64,000 bases of DNA from Bispira polyomma (Eukaryota): positions 7,750,001 through 7,814,000 of the forward strand of contig OZ287754.1 of NCBI GenBank assembly GCA_965649765.1, given 5' to 3'. Of this stretch, positions 39,037-50,381 are shown piece after piece. The translations under genes and the position numbers were made by a program. Each line of letters begins with the position of its first letter. Within the stretch, counting starts at the first letter, position 1. The notes under the pieces were generated by a model. That model was given only the letters and a program-made list of their open reading frames with translations. It made no database searches and had not been told where the DNA came from.

Positions 39037-39792
39037 ATGTCTACTAGTGTTAGCCAGGACACACTTGTTACTGCCATTGGCACCCTTGGTGTAGAATCCG
39101 CCACCACATTAACTGGAATGGACACTCCAATTCCAACTTCTACCATCAGTGATGAGACTTTGCAGCTACTACAGCAAACTTCTATGTCTCTAAACCCAAA
39201 AAAGCCTAACCAAAATGCTCAACCAGCAAAAAGGAAGAGAATGGAGTCCACAGAAGACAATGACAGAGCCAACTATCCTGCTGAAAGCAAAATGCTTTAT
39301 CTGAAAACAAAAACACTCCACAGAAGAAAATTAAGCTTAGCTACCAACATTCACCAGATTAAGATCAATTTAACCAAGGACAAATTTCCAATACAGTGTG
39401 ACTTCAACTGCGAAGCCCCACTTAATAGAGATGAATGTTTTAAAGCTGAATGGGAGAACATCACTTCCCAATATAAAAGGACATTAACTAACCTGTTGGT
39501 TGATGACATGACCGCTAAATATCAATCAAGAAAAGCAGACATTCAAACATACCTGGTCCAATTAGAGACAATACTCAATCAACACCAATTCGAGGAAATT
39601 AAAACCTTCCTCAGTGATAGATATAAAGCAGCTGCATCCACAGCAATGGGTAAAGCTTCAAACAAATTTGAGGAGAGACAACCACAACAAAGAAAACCCA
39701 TGACAAGAAAACAGTCCATGGGCAGAAGAAACAAATCAAACAACCAAAATAGCCAGTTCAAAAAAATCTTGGTTTCCTTATTAAAGATTTAG
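39037..39792 (+). CDS. PLE upstream ORF (251 aa, open, helical/basic)
   Basis: ATG in accATG context ~60 nt from the element 5' end; F...W..I...Y...L..LL pattern reminiscent of PLE N-terminal regions; basic tail. Confidence 0.6.
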   Translation: MSTSVSQDTLVTAIGTLGVESATTLTGMDTPIPTSTISDETLQLLQQTSMSLNPKKPNQNAQPAKRKRMESTEDNDRANYPAESKMLYLKTKTLHRRKLSLATNIHQIKINLTKDKFPIQCDFNCEAPLNRDECFKAEWENITSQYKRTLTNLLVDDMTAKYQSRKADIQTYLVQLETILNQHQFEEIKTFLSDRYKAAASTAMGKASNKFEERQPQQRKPMTRKQSMGRRNKSNNQNSQFKKILVSLLKI

Positions 39793-39923
39793 TAAACACA
39801 TTTTGTTTGGCCTACCTCTCCTTCAGCTATAGTACAATGAAGGTATAAAAAACATATACCTATTGTTTTGCTGCTTGCCGGAGCCTTATTCTACACCTCA
39901 GGCACCTTGGCTTTAATCTAAAG

Positions 39924-41149
39924 GTAATAACTTAAATAGCCTAATTGGACACAATGTCATCAACATCTCTGACTTTAGTATCTCCAACACTCAGCTTTAA
40001 GCTTTCCAAAAAGGACTCACCTTCTGTCCCACTCCAGGTCCCACCAATAAGGCCCTGATTTGAAATGATTTCAAAGACTTCCACAGACGTCTTATACCTA
40101 AACATCATTTTTACAATGACAACCAACTACTTAGCAATGAAGACCAGGAATAAGTGAAATTCTTAGCTAATAACCTTGAAGATAACTTAAACCCATATAA
40201 ACACATCCACTCGGGTTTTACACCAAAAAGTATATGGAAACCAAGCAACACCCTCATTTCACTAAATGTGTTCAAATATAACTTATTGTTCTGCAAAAAA
40301 AAGAAAAATAGAAACAGAACATCCAACCTCACAAAAGAACATTTTCAAGGCCTCAAAGAACAAGCTGATAACCCAGAAATAATTATCAAAAAAAGCTGAC
40401 AAGGGGTCAGCAGTAATAGTAATGAACACCAGTGACTACCTACAAGAGGGATACAGACAATTAATGGATCCCCAATTCTATACACAATTAGATCATAACC
40501 CCACATCTGAAGTAAATGACAAAATCACTAAAACACTCAGAGCTATGAAAAACAAAGGTCTAATAATCGAAAAACACTTTGACTATCTAGTACCAAAAGA
40601 TTGTGAAGAAGGTCACTTCTACTTACTACCAAAAATCCACAAAAAGAACATACCAGGTAGGCCAATCTGCAGCTCAGTCAAACACCCCACAACCAACATC
40701 AGTAAATTTGTGGATGCACACATAAAAGATTATGTTCCAAAAACACCCTCATATATAAGGGACACTTAGGATTTTATCAGTAAGATCAAAGAGATAGGAC
40801 CAATACCTGAAGGAGCCATCATTGCCACCCTATATGTCACTTCTCTATACACCAACATTCCTAATCAGGAAGGGATAATTGCAGTTACTCAGTAAGGATC
40901 CAAGCGAAAATAAAATAGCCAACTACTTACTAAATCTATTAAAATTAGTACTACATAATATGTACTTCGAATTTAATGATAATTTCTTCATTCAAATTGG
41001 GGTCACTGTAATGGGCACATCATTAGCACCAAATTATGCTAATATCTTTTTAGATAAATTTGAACGTAAAGCCCTTGATAACTATCCCCAAAAACCCTTA
41101 ATATGGAAAAGATTCATTGATGATATTTTCCTTATATGGACACATGGAA
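39924..41149 (+). pseudogene. Penelope-type reverse transcriptase, degenerate and truncated after motif C
   Basis: NVINIS...KGLTFCPTP, IIIKK(A)DKG, FYLLPKIHK..PGRPI, YIRDT, SLYTNIP, MGTSLAPNYANIF, WKRFIDDIF; stops and frameshifts; no GIY-YIG domain seen. Confidence 0.9.
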
Positions 41150-42222
41150 ATATTACCGAGACCGTCACATTAGGAATATCCACATGATGCAGAGTGTTAA
41201 TTGTGTGTTATGCTCAAAATCCTACACAAGAGCCAGTGATCTTAAAAAGCACCACATGCAACACCATCAGACTACTACATCTGATGGTATGGACTCATCC
41301 AACAACATCTTGAGCCCCATAGAAGCATCCACTTCTACTAACCATGAGGATCAACAAGTATCCCAAAACATCCCACAGGATTACTTTGGTCTGCTTGAGT
41401 CACTGGAAGGGACTGCACAAACTGAAGTAGGTAACATTCAGCCTCTAGCAACAACAGCCAATATTTGTACCCAAACTAAGAAAACAAAACTTGCTGCTCA
41501 AAGAGTCTACACACACAATAACACAAATAACCCAATCATCTGCCAATTAGACAAGGCTACCAACACAGAGCCTCTCATTGTCCTAACTCCAGATGAAATA
41601 AGTAAACTATCATGTGGAGTCACTCTGGCTACATTCAAACAGAACCTCGAAATTTTTATCACAACCAATAATTCTGGACTGATTAAACCTTGTGCAAAAA
41701 ACAAGAATATGATCAAATCCCAAGTACCCCTAAAAAAAAAAGAGTAGCATGGGATTCTACTAACATAATAGTATTATACAAGAAAGCATTCAGGACAAAA
41801 AAGCTGTCACACAAAAAGCTTTAGACCAAAAACATGGGGACACACACCCCCTCAAAATACCAAAACCTAATCTTAATAGGCTAGTGGAGAGATATTTCCC
41901 AAATGAAGCGAATAAGAGAAAATCAAGCCTAAATTCGCCCATATACCCAGTCAACATACTGAACAAATACCCACTAACAAACCCACCTACACCTGGCACC
42001 AAATTAGCACCCAGTACTGAAAAACAACAACAGGACACACCTAAAAAAACTTTGACAGTCAATACTGATTGGCTGAAAATGATAGAGGCTGAATTAAGCC
42101 CTGACATTTGTGTAGCCCTTTCCAGTGACTCAGAAGAGGAACCACTGGGCACCAGCCCTGACAAAGTCGACATAGATTTCAGCAAAAAGTTACATGTTCT
42201 GTTTGGTGACAATTCACCTTAA
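41150..42222 (+). pseudogene. C2H2 zinc-finger ORF inside the PLE (5'-truncated, frameshifted)
   Basis: ...YYRDRHIRNIH (end of one finger) then CVLCSKSYTRASDLKKHHMQHH, followed by a low-complexity T/S/P/K-rich region. Confidence 0.6.
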
Positions 42223-42863
42223 CTTATTTTAAAAAGGTCTGGTAATATAAATTATATGTATATTTATTTATGAAAAGAAATATATTCATCCCTGATATTA
42301 AATATAGACATAAATAACTATGTTCGACCTACAATATAAATTCAGCAGATTCTTACTTGTTATGTGATATTATGCCATATACAATGTTATAAAATGTAAC
42401 CCTTTGTCAGAATAAAATCTCCAACATATAAGTAATCTATTAGATCTCTATATGTTTACTACTATACACAACATCACTCGGGGATTACTAAAAGGGTTTC
42501 TAACACAACTAAACTTATTGATGGAGATAATACATACAGTTAGTAACAATATCCCCATCAATCACTGAAATCTGATTTTAGATTTTTATTACCTACACAT
42601 CATATAACCTCCCTAACTCATTAGGGGGCAATGGGTCTGAGTGAAATACAAGCATGTAACCATGGTAACCTACCTTAAGGCCATAAAATATCCCCACTAC
42701 CTACAGGGAATTCACACTATAGCAAATATTAGAGATTTTTGAACATAAAAACCTATATCCAGTAAATAGCCATAAACTGATTTGCAAGAGCTAGCCGGAG
42801 CTAAAGATTGCACCTTAAGGAGCAGTACCTTGCTGGAGCCAAATTATGCACCTCAAGGAGTCA

Positions 42864-42952
42864 GTGATAACATACATCAGCCTCTGATGAGACCTTAAAT
42901 CCATAAGGTCGAAATATATAGAAACAATAACTTATATATCAGGCCATATCAC
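42864..42952 (+). ncRNA. Type I hammerhead ribozyme
   Basis: stem I gcct/aggc plus distal gtgata/tatcac; CUGAUGA 42884-42890; stem II gacctta/taaggtc; GAAA 42911-42914; stem III tatata/tatata; AUC cleavage triplet ending at 42940. Confidence 0.93.
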
Positions 42953-45657
42953 CTATCTAACACAAAGACAACCATTTTTCATCAATAACTCACCTCTCAA
43001 ATAGAATTCTTTTTCCTCTAGATGCTTATCCCCTTTAAATATTATATATAAAAATCCAAATACAAATTTACTGTCAACCAGTTCACCAAATGTGTGGGAC
43101 CAAATATTCTTTACTAAGTCTTCCTTTTGTATACACACCTCTATACCTGGAGGTAGAAGCATTTATCAAATTATGATCCTAATTTAAGCATATATTGGAC
43201 TTTAAACCTCCATAAATCAGTTTCCAACATTTTTTTACTGTTAGTAGATCAACTAATAGGTGCAGCATTTATTTATCATTCCACCAAATATTATGCCCAT
43301 GTTATGTATACAAATATTTAACATGTTGTTTTTTTTTCCTTCTGTCATTGGGCTAAACCCAACGATCAAACTATGGCAAGTGACAATGTGAACTCTTCAT
43401 TAATAGACGGCTTGCATTTTTTAATATTTTATCAAATATGGGCATTTTGTTTAATACTTGTGGAAGCAGGAGCTCCGGGGTGGTATTCACATTGTCTTCA
43501 ATCTAGGACAAAAGTATACTAGATCTAAGACAAAGTCTAGGCTTAGCGTTTTTTGTGAATACCACCCCTGGTTTGGACAAACAATATTGGCAATTCAGTA
43601 AAATAGGAAATATTGTATATCACAATGAAAAAAGAAAGGCAAAAAAAAGAGGACAAAAACATGTGTATTCTAAATCTACTATTTTTAAACTAGTGTTTCT
43701 GTCTGACTGAGGCTTGACTTCATATTATTACTGCACACACACGCATGTACTTACACATGTTTATAAGTAGTTTAAGGGTGTGTGTGTGTGGGGGGGGGGG
43801 GGGGGCTGGCTTGTATAATTGTAGTTTACGTGTAGATGGGTAGGCTGTAAACAAGTCAGAAATTCAAGTGTTGTTCCTTCACGCAAGGATGGCATCATTG
43901 GTGACATATATTTAATTATTAAATATACCATAGAGGTGTAAATTTTACCCTGTAAAATTTTCACCCAAGTTTTACACAATGTTTTAAAGATGTTTACCAG
44001 AATTAATTTTCTCACTACTGCTAAGTTTTCAGATCACATTTTCACTGAGGGAATTAATTGGTTTTTTTTTTACTATTCAGTTTAATTTTTTGGCGAAAAT
44101 ATAGTAAACATTTATTCTCAGGTAAAAATGTCCGCACATATACAGTATATGTGTACATCAATATATGCATATACCCATGTGCTATATTGTCCTGCTTTGT
44201 GAACAACCAAGATATACATACAAAGAGAGATAAAAAGCAGAATACTTTCAAAACCCATGTAATTGTTGACACATTTTCATCGATAGGCTATGTCATAATT
44301 ATCCTGGTAATTTATCTGGTCTAAAATGAGATAACCATATATTTATATATGTATTTTGCAGCAATTATAGACATTTTCTCTGATTTATGTCCTTTTTTCA
44401 CCCCGATAAAGTTTCCGTCTCACTTATTAATCCAGACATGCCTCCTTGCTATAAATGAGCAAAATCCAGTAAATCACAAATGTTTTTTTTGTTTGGAACT
44501 AACATCAGCATCAGAAACCACCTTCTATGGGTCTGATTTCTGCTTCTGTACTAAGGATAAAGAATAAAAAAATATGAAGCCCCCCTTGTACTAGAGCTTA
44601 AAAATTAATTAAAACAAGAGTTGTTTTTTTAAAAAAAAGATACAGGCATACAGGGTGAAATACATTAAAGTTGATATGCCTGCATCTGATAACAATACAT
44701 CTGACACATCCTCAGTTTGGACTGGTCGGTTGGTGCCAATCAATCCTTGCAAATCCTTGCAAATATTTTAAGATGGCGGCGCCCCTTTTTAAGAATGAAA
44801 ACAATATCAGGCTGCGCCTGATAAAAACAATTCTTCCATACAACCCCAATCAATAGGATCTAGGGACCTCAATTACTTCAGTGATTTCTTAGTGTCCTGG
44901 ATTTCTCTCCATCTCTAATAGAGTAAGGAATCTAAAATTTGCCACTATATCTGAAATTCGCCACCCAGAAAATGTGTTTTTTGGGTAGAATTGCAAGCGA
45001 TAATTACTAAACTTAAGATTTTTGTGACTATTTTGCCTTACTTACTATAATTGCAATTATTTTTCGCCCAGTTTTTATTTATTTGGCTTAAATTTTAGGG
45101 GGTGGCGATTTTTAGATACGGGCGGCGAATTTTATATTATTCTCCATCTACTAAAAGAATAGAAGTACCAATAAACTGACGCCTGATGAAAAGCGACTGC
45201 AGAACTGTCATTACAAAAATCCACCAGTATTATAGGAATCTTTATCTGTAATTTGGATTCAGCTAGCCGTAAAAGTGGAAATTATTTTTCCTGAGAAGTG
45301 AATTGAGCTATTGTTTTTGCTAAAGTGAGACTGACTACTGAAATAAACACTCAAAGTTAAATCAAAAAATTTAAATTATAACATTTTCAAAAAGAGTGAA
45401 AATTAATTCCTGTAAATTCTTCAAAATTGTTAATGAGCAAATTTTTTATCAAACTAAAATTTTTAAGTTTACTGTATTTTCCATTCGCTTATATTTGTCA
45501 TACAGAGCATTCTGTTGATGAATTGCATCTCAATGGTTAGAATGAGGGGCTCAATACACAGCTTTTCGGTATTTCATTTTACAATTTTAGTTCACATTGT
45601 GTGTGTACAGATATAAAAAATACTGCTTCTTTAATACCGAAATCTATATTTGACATT

Positions 45658-45780
45658 AGTAGTATAGGACAGTGAGAACCCCCCTCACCCCCCCCCCCCC
45701 CCCCAGACGGCGCAAATAGGGGCAGGAAGTGACGTATTTTTGGCATACCGGAAGAGACGGCATGCGCCTTTTTGGCGCAC
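45658..45780 (+). repeat. Maverick left TIR
   Basis: agtataggacagtgagaacccc...cggcgcaaataggggcaggaagtgacgt matches the reverse complement of 60362-60470. Confidence 0.9.
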
Positions 45781-45787
45781 TTCCAGT

Positions 45788-45950
45788 AGGTGCATACTAA
45801 ACGCCATCCAGGGGTATTCTATTACCAAATTTCCGGGGGTTGCACATTAAACGCCAGCCAGGGGTATCCTATTACCGGATTTCCGGGGGGTGTACACTAA
45901 ACCCCAGTCAGAGGTATTCTATTACCAGACTGGGTAGGTGTACATGAACA
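45788..45950 (+). repeat. Three ~52-bp subterminal direct repeats
   Basis: ggtgca(t/c)actaaacgcca.ccaggggtat(t)ctattacc..atttccggggg three times. Confidence 0.8.
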
Positions 45951-46877
45951 CCTACCCACGAAATATGTCAAACCACTCCCAAGCATCAGTCATTTTCGGG
46001 AATATTTGAAGAGAGTTTGAAAAACTGGATTTGGGTCAGTTTGAAATTTAGTATGACCCTGGTTGCTATGGGGGCCAGAAAGATGGAAGCTTTCTTGGAA
46101 GTTTCACAGTTTTTAATAAGTATCAGTAATTGGCGTGTGCAAAAATTGCCATGTACTTTGATAAAAAGTGTGCCCTCCACAAACTCAAAAAATTAAGACC
46201 CTTAAACTGTTCCAAATTTCACCAACTAACTCTATTATCACTCAGCCACCATCTTAGATTTTCTTAGAGCCCTCAAAAAGGTATATGTCAATGATATGCC
46301 AATCTTAAAATAGAGATATCATGGCCATGCATTCATCGATTTTCATTCTGTGAACAGTTTTAGAAACTAGAAGTTCTTGGTTTTCAGGTGATATATATAA
46401 CTGATTTGTACCTAACCCCCCAAAAAACCCCAAATGGGGGGGGGGGGGGCTGGTGTGGCCAAAACAGTGCCATGTGTATGCCTGACACAGTGTTACGCCT
46501 TCTTGAGCCATTAAGAAAGAGGATTTTGAGAGACAACAGAGATAAGTCCCTGGATGCCTTGTTACATTTTAGCGATTTTAAACTGTACAAGAGCAGTATC
46601 GCTGTCTATGCTCATGGTGTTTTTTTTCCTTCCCGATGTAAGTTCCCACCACAACCGCCACGGTTTATTTACTTATCAAACTTTAAAGGTGCAGAATGGA
46701 TAATGTCTGTCAAAAATCTTTGATCAAATATGTGGCTCAAATATTCTTAGTTATTATTGTGGTCTTGGCCTGCATTGTCAACTTGTCTTTGAACAAATAG
46801 GGTAGAGATATTTGGTTGACATTATTGTGTTCATCTCTGGGTTATGCTCTGCCAAGTCCCACTGTAAAAAAGAAAGA

Positions 46878-47134
46878 ATGAACAAACGTTTGAGTTCAAT
46901 TTACTTTAATCCTGCCCATCTTGCTAGTTTTTCTGGGCTGCAAAAGCTTTATAAGGCTGCAATAAAAGAAGACCCATAACCCTACCAGATGTAAAATCCT
47001 GGTTAAGTGGAGAAGAGACTTGTATATTGCACAAACCTGCAAGAAGGACTATTAAAAGAAACAAAGTCATTGCAGGGAGTATAGATCAGCAGTGGGATGT
47101 TGACCTGATGGATATGACTAAAATTGCCCGATAC
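46878..47134 (+). pseudogene. Maverick rve integrase N-terminal stub
   Basis: MNKRLSSIYFNPAHLASFSGLQKLYKA ... WLSGEE..LHKPARR..KRNKV....IDQQWDVDLMDM; truncated just after the first catalytic Asp. Confidence 0.85.
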
Positions 47135-47138
47135 AGAG

Positions 47139-47258
47139 CAAAAGAGAAAAGAGGATATCTTACAAATAGGGGGATTCTTGCCAGCCTTGCTATCTCCTAT
47201 TTTAGGGACTCTTATTCCTCCCATTGCTGAAAAATTAATTATATTATTCAAACAATGA
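47139..47258 (+). pseudogene. C-terminal part of an adenovirus pX-like Maverick peptide (absent from the ORF track)
   Basis: QKRKEDILQIGGFLPALLSPILGTLIPPIAEKLIILFKQ*; GG|FLPALL-type hydrophobic tail. Confidence 0.7.
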
Positions 47259-47833
47259 ACAAATATATTGAAAAGGTTGTTATTCCCAAAGCTTTGTTAA
47301 GTAGCAGGGTCTGTGTAAATCCAGTAGGGATGGCTGCTACGGCCATGGTAAGATTACAAAAGGATATGGGTGACCTGTTAGAAAATACCAATATGGAACA
47401 GTCAGAAAAAATGAAACTGTACAATCAGTAAATGACCCGGCTCGAAGCCTATGATCAACAGCAAAAGATACTTTTGGAAGATCTGGGTAAAAGAAAAGAT
47501 CTGGAAGATGACCTAAAAATAACACTATCTACATTTTTACGGAGTAAAGGGTGAAGTCTCTAACAACAGTTAAAAGGCACTTTAAGTTGGAATGACAGAG
47601 GTGAAATTTTGACAGATGAAAATCAGTCTATTACTGGATCACATATTACTGATTTAATTAACACAGCCATTCGAACTCAAAGAAAAAAAAGAAAAATGCC
47701 TACTGGCTGGCCTTATTTTGTTCAAAAGCTACAAGATGCTAATATTTCAGCCTCATTGTTGGGAATTGGACCTCAGTTTCAGTCACCAGAAATGGAACCA
47801 GAATTGAAGAACTATAAATGGGAGAGTGTATAA
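47255..47833 (+). pseudogene. Conserved Maverick accessory protein (degenerate)
   Basis: ATGA overlap with the previous stop; L..DM..LL....EK.KLYNQ and WNDRGEI....ITGSHITDLI...PTGW..F motifs. Confidence 0.6.
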
Positions 47834-47895
47834 AAAGGCTCACACTTTTGATGATGCATTTAGTTTAATGTGAACACTGTTGTGAACACTGCAGC

Positions 47896-48081
47896 ATGAA
47901 AGACTTCTATGTATACTTACCGAGTAATACAAAGCATGTAGGGAATACTCCAGGAGAGTATATCGTTCCCCTGGCTCAACCCTACGAACTGGTTGGTGAA
48001 TGGGAAGTGAGACTTATAGAAATTCATTATACAAAAACATGGCATAACGTCCCCTCAGATCAATTTATCCAAGTGGGTGAC
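47896..48081 (+). pseudogene. Maverick minor capsid (penton-like) protein, 5' part
   Basis: FYVYLPSN...NT..EY.V.L..P.EL.GEWEV.L.EI.Y..TW.NV; interrupted by the LTR element. Confidence 0.85.
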
Positions 48082-48841
48082 TGTTACGGTCACAGGAGCA
48101 AGCGCGGTAGCAATTATCGGTTACTTTTAAGTTGTAACAGGAAAAGGCAAAAAGTTTTACTTTACAAATTTATTTAACAATTAAAATAACAATTACAGAA
48201 TTACAAAATTACAGAATTACAGAGTTACAGTCAACTGAGACACTCTTAATAGTTCATACAATAATACAATAATGAAACCAATCTGACCTGACCACAGTCC
48301 TGTCCACATAAATAACAATTAAACAAGTTTGTTCACTGTATCCAGCAATCTGTCTTGAGATCCGCTCAGTGTCCACACAATGCCTGTATCCTGTTGTCCG
48401 TTTGGTGTCCACGAACACAAAATGTATTTATCCAGAGAGTCTTCACAACTAAGCTATCCAATCCAGGATGCAAACAATATCTCTGATAGATCCACAAATT
48501 TATATCCAGTTCACCACAAAATGTATATAACAATCAGTTTATATCCACAGGAAAAGAAATAAAATGTTTCACAGTATAGCAGTTCATATAGCACACCAAC
48601 TCAATAAACTCTAGTCTGTGGCGAGGCTGTTAACCCTTATATATACCACTGCTAGAGAAGGTTGCTAGAATATGTAAACAATTGCTAGAATGTCCAAGAT
48701 TGAGATGTAAACAAATTAACACAACATCAATAACAGAAACAAAATAGAACCAGCTTCTAGAAGCTTAGGGTTTCCCCAAATCTATAAATAAATCACTCTA
48801 GCAGAGTGCTTTAACATACCACAATGTCCTTATATGTAACA
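48082..48841 (-). repeat. 3' LTR
   Basis: direct repeat of 53789-54556; polypurine tract aagggggcagg immediately inside (48842-48852, minus). Confidence 0.95.
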
Positions 48842-49039
48842 CCTGCCCCCTTAAAGAAAAATTTTGGAAGCTAAGGGGTTACAAAAGTTTATATTACACA
48901 AAACATAAGTGAATATACAGTGTACATATGTAATAACATTCTATGGAACATTGTATTTTAAGTTACACAAGTAATATCCATAAGTAAATATCTAAGTTTT
49001 ACAAGTTTACTTTTCAGTTGTTAACATACAAAATGACCT

Positions 49040-50340
49040 TTAACTACAACTTCTGGATAGAGCATCAGCACAAATGTTATTCTTTCCTTTAACATGCTCT
49101 ATTTGTAAACTGTATTCTTGCAAAACCAAACTCCAATTCAATAAACGTCTGTTTTTGTTTTTCATTTTGTGCAAGGATACTAAAGGGTTGTGATCTGTGT
49201 ACACAATAGTTGGTTTTGATGATGAAGATTTATAGATATCAAAGTGTTTAATGGCTAAAATGAGGGCTAAAAATTCTTTTTCTATTGTAGAGTAATTCTT
49301 TTGATGTATGTGGAATTTTTTTGAAAAACAACAAATGGGATGTTCAATATCTTTATCATCAGTCTGCAGTAAAAATGCACCTGCCCCAACATCACTGGCA
49401 TCCACAGCTAGCCGGAATGGTCTACTGAAGTCTGAAGCAGTTAGTACAGGCTCCGAACAGAGAACATTTTTTACTTTGTCAAATGCTTTTTTGACGAGCT
49501 TCAGACCAGTGATATTTTACAGGGTTTTTTTAAGAGCTCAGTCAGTGGAGCAGTGACATCTGAGAATTTTTGCAAAATTTTCTATAATAACCTGACATTC
49601 CCAAGAACCTTATTAAACTTTTCTTATTTTTAGGAATAGGGTAGTCAATAATGCTTTCAACTTTTGCTTTAATTGGTGTCACAACTCCATGACCCACTAC
49701 ATGCCCTAAGTAAACAACCTTTGCTTTTACAAAGTCACTTTTCGATAGATTCACAGTAAGGTTAGCTTGCTTGAGCTGGAACAGAAATTGTTCAAGTCTT
49801 TTTAAATGTTCTGCCCAAGTATCAATAAAGATGACAATATCATCCACATACAACATATATTCATTAGTCTCTGAAATGTAGCTTGGGAATTTTTCATGCC
49901 AAATGGCATTACCTTGTACTGATACAGACCATCGGGAGTTACAAATGCTGATATTTCTTTTGCCTGTTCGGTAAGAGGTACACATCAGTAACCTTTCAAT
50001 AAGTCACACTTTGTGATATATTTGGCTTTACCAATTCGATCAATACAGTCTTCCATTCTTGGGATAGGAAATGAATCAGTTTTACTCAAAACATTAACCT
50101 ATCTATAGTCTGTGCAATATCTGATAGAACCATCAGGCTTTGGGACCAAAACACAAGGAGAGTCCCAACTACTTTGACTTGGTTCAATTATATCTTTGTC
50201 CAACATGTTTTGCACTCCTTGTCTTAATTTTTTAAGTTTGATCGGGTTTACGCGATATGGGTGCTATTTGACCTGAATGGCATTGCCAACACCAACATCA
50301 TGCATGAGTGCATTGGTCCTGGTAGGGGCATCAGGAAATA
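49040..50340 (-). pseudogene. Gypsy RT and RNase H
   Basis: KPDGS.R.C.DYR, MPFG, YVDD, RFLGM.GYYR; DASD.G.GA, YSTIEKE, TDHNPL, N..ADALSR. Confidence 0.92.
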
Positions 50341-50381
50341 CTGACATATACTTTAAGAGTAACTCACTGGGTGGGATCCTC

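Larger units (their letters stand above)
38978..42980 (+). mobile_element. Penelope-like retroelement (internally deleted) with short terminal direct repeat and 12-bp TSD
   Basis: TSD atcaataactca at 38966-38977 and 42981-42992; empty sites at ~16275 and ~25154; ~40-bp direct repeat aggc(g/c)ata(c/t)cacctatctaacacaaagacaaccattttt at both ends. Confidence 0.9.

Noticed and set aside
40061-40063. In-frame TGA in the PLE as selenocysteine (as in some Naiad PLEs)
   Set aside because: The same frame also has TAA (39998, 40151) and TAG stops plus frameshifts; decay is simpler and no SECIS could be identified by eye
42891-42910. Link between hammerhead stem II (gacctta/taaggtc) and the YR palindrome AAGGTNRCCTT
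   Set aside because: Half-sites are in the opposite order and are fully explained by ribozyme pairing; likely coincidence
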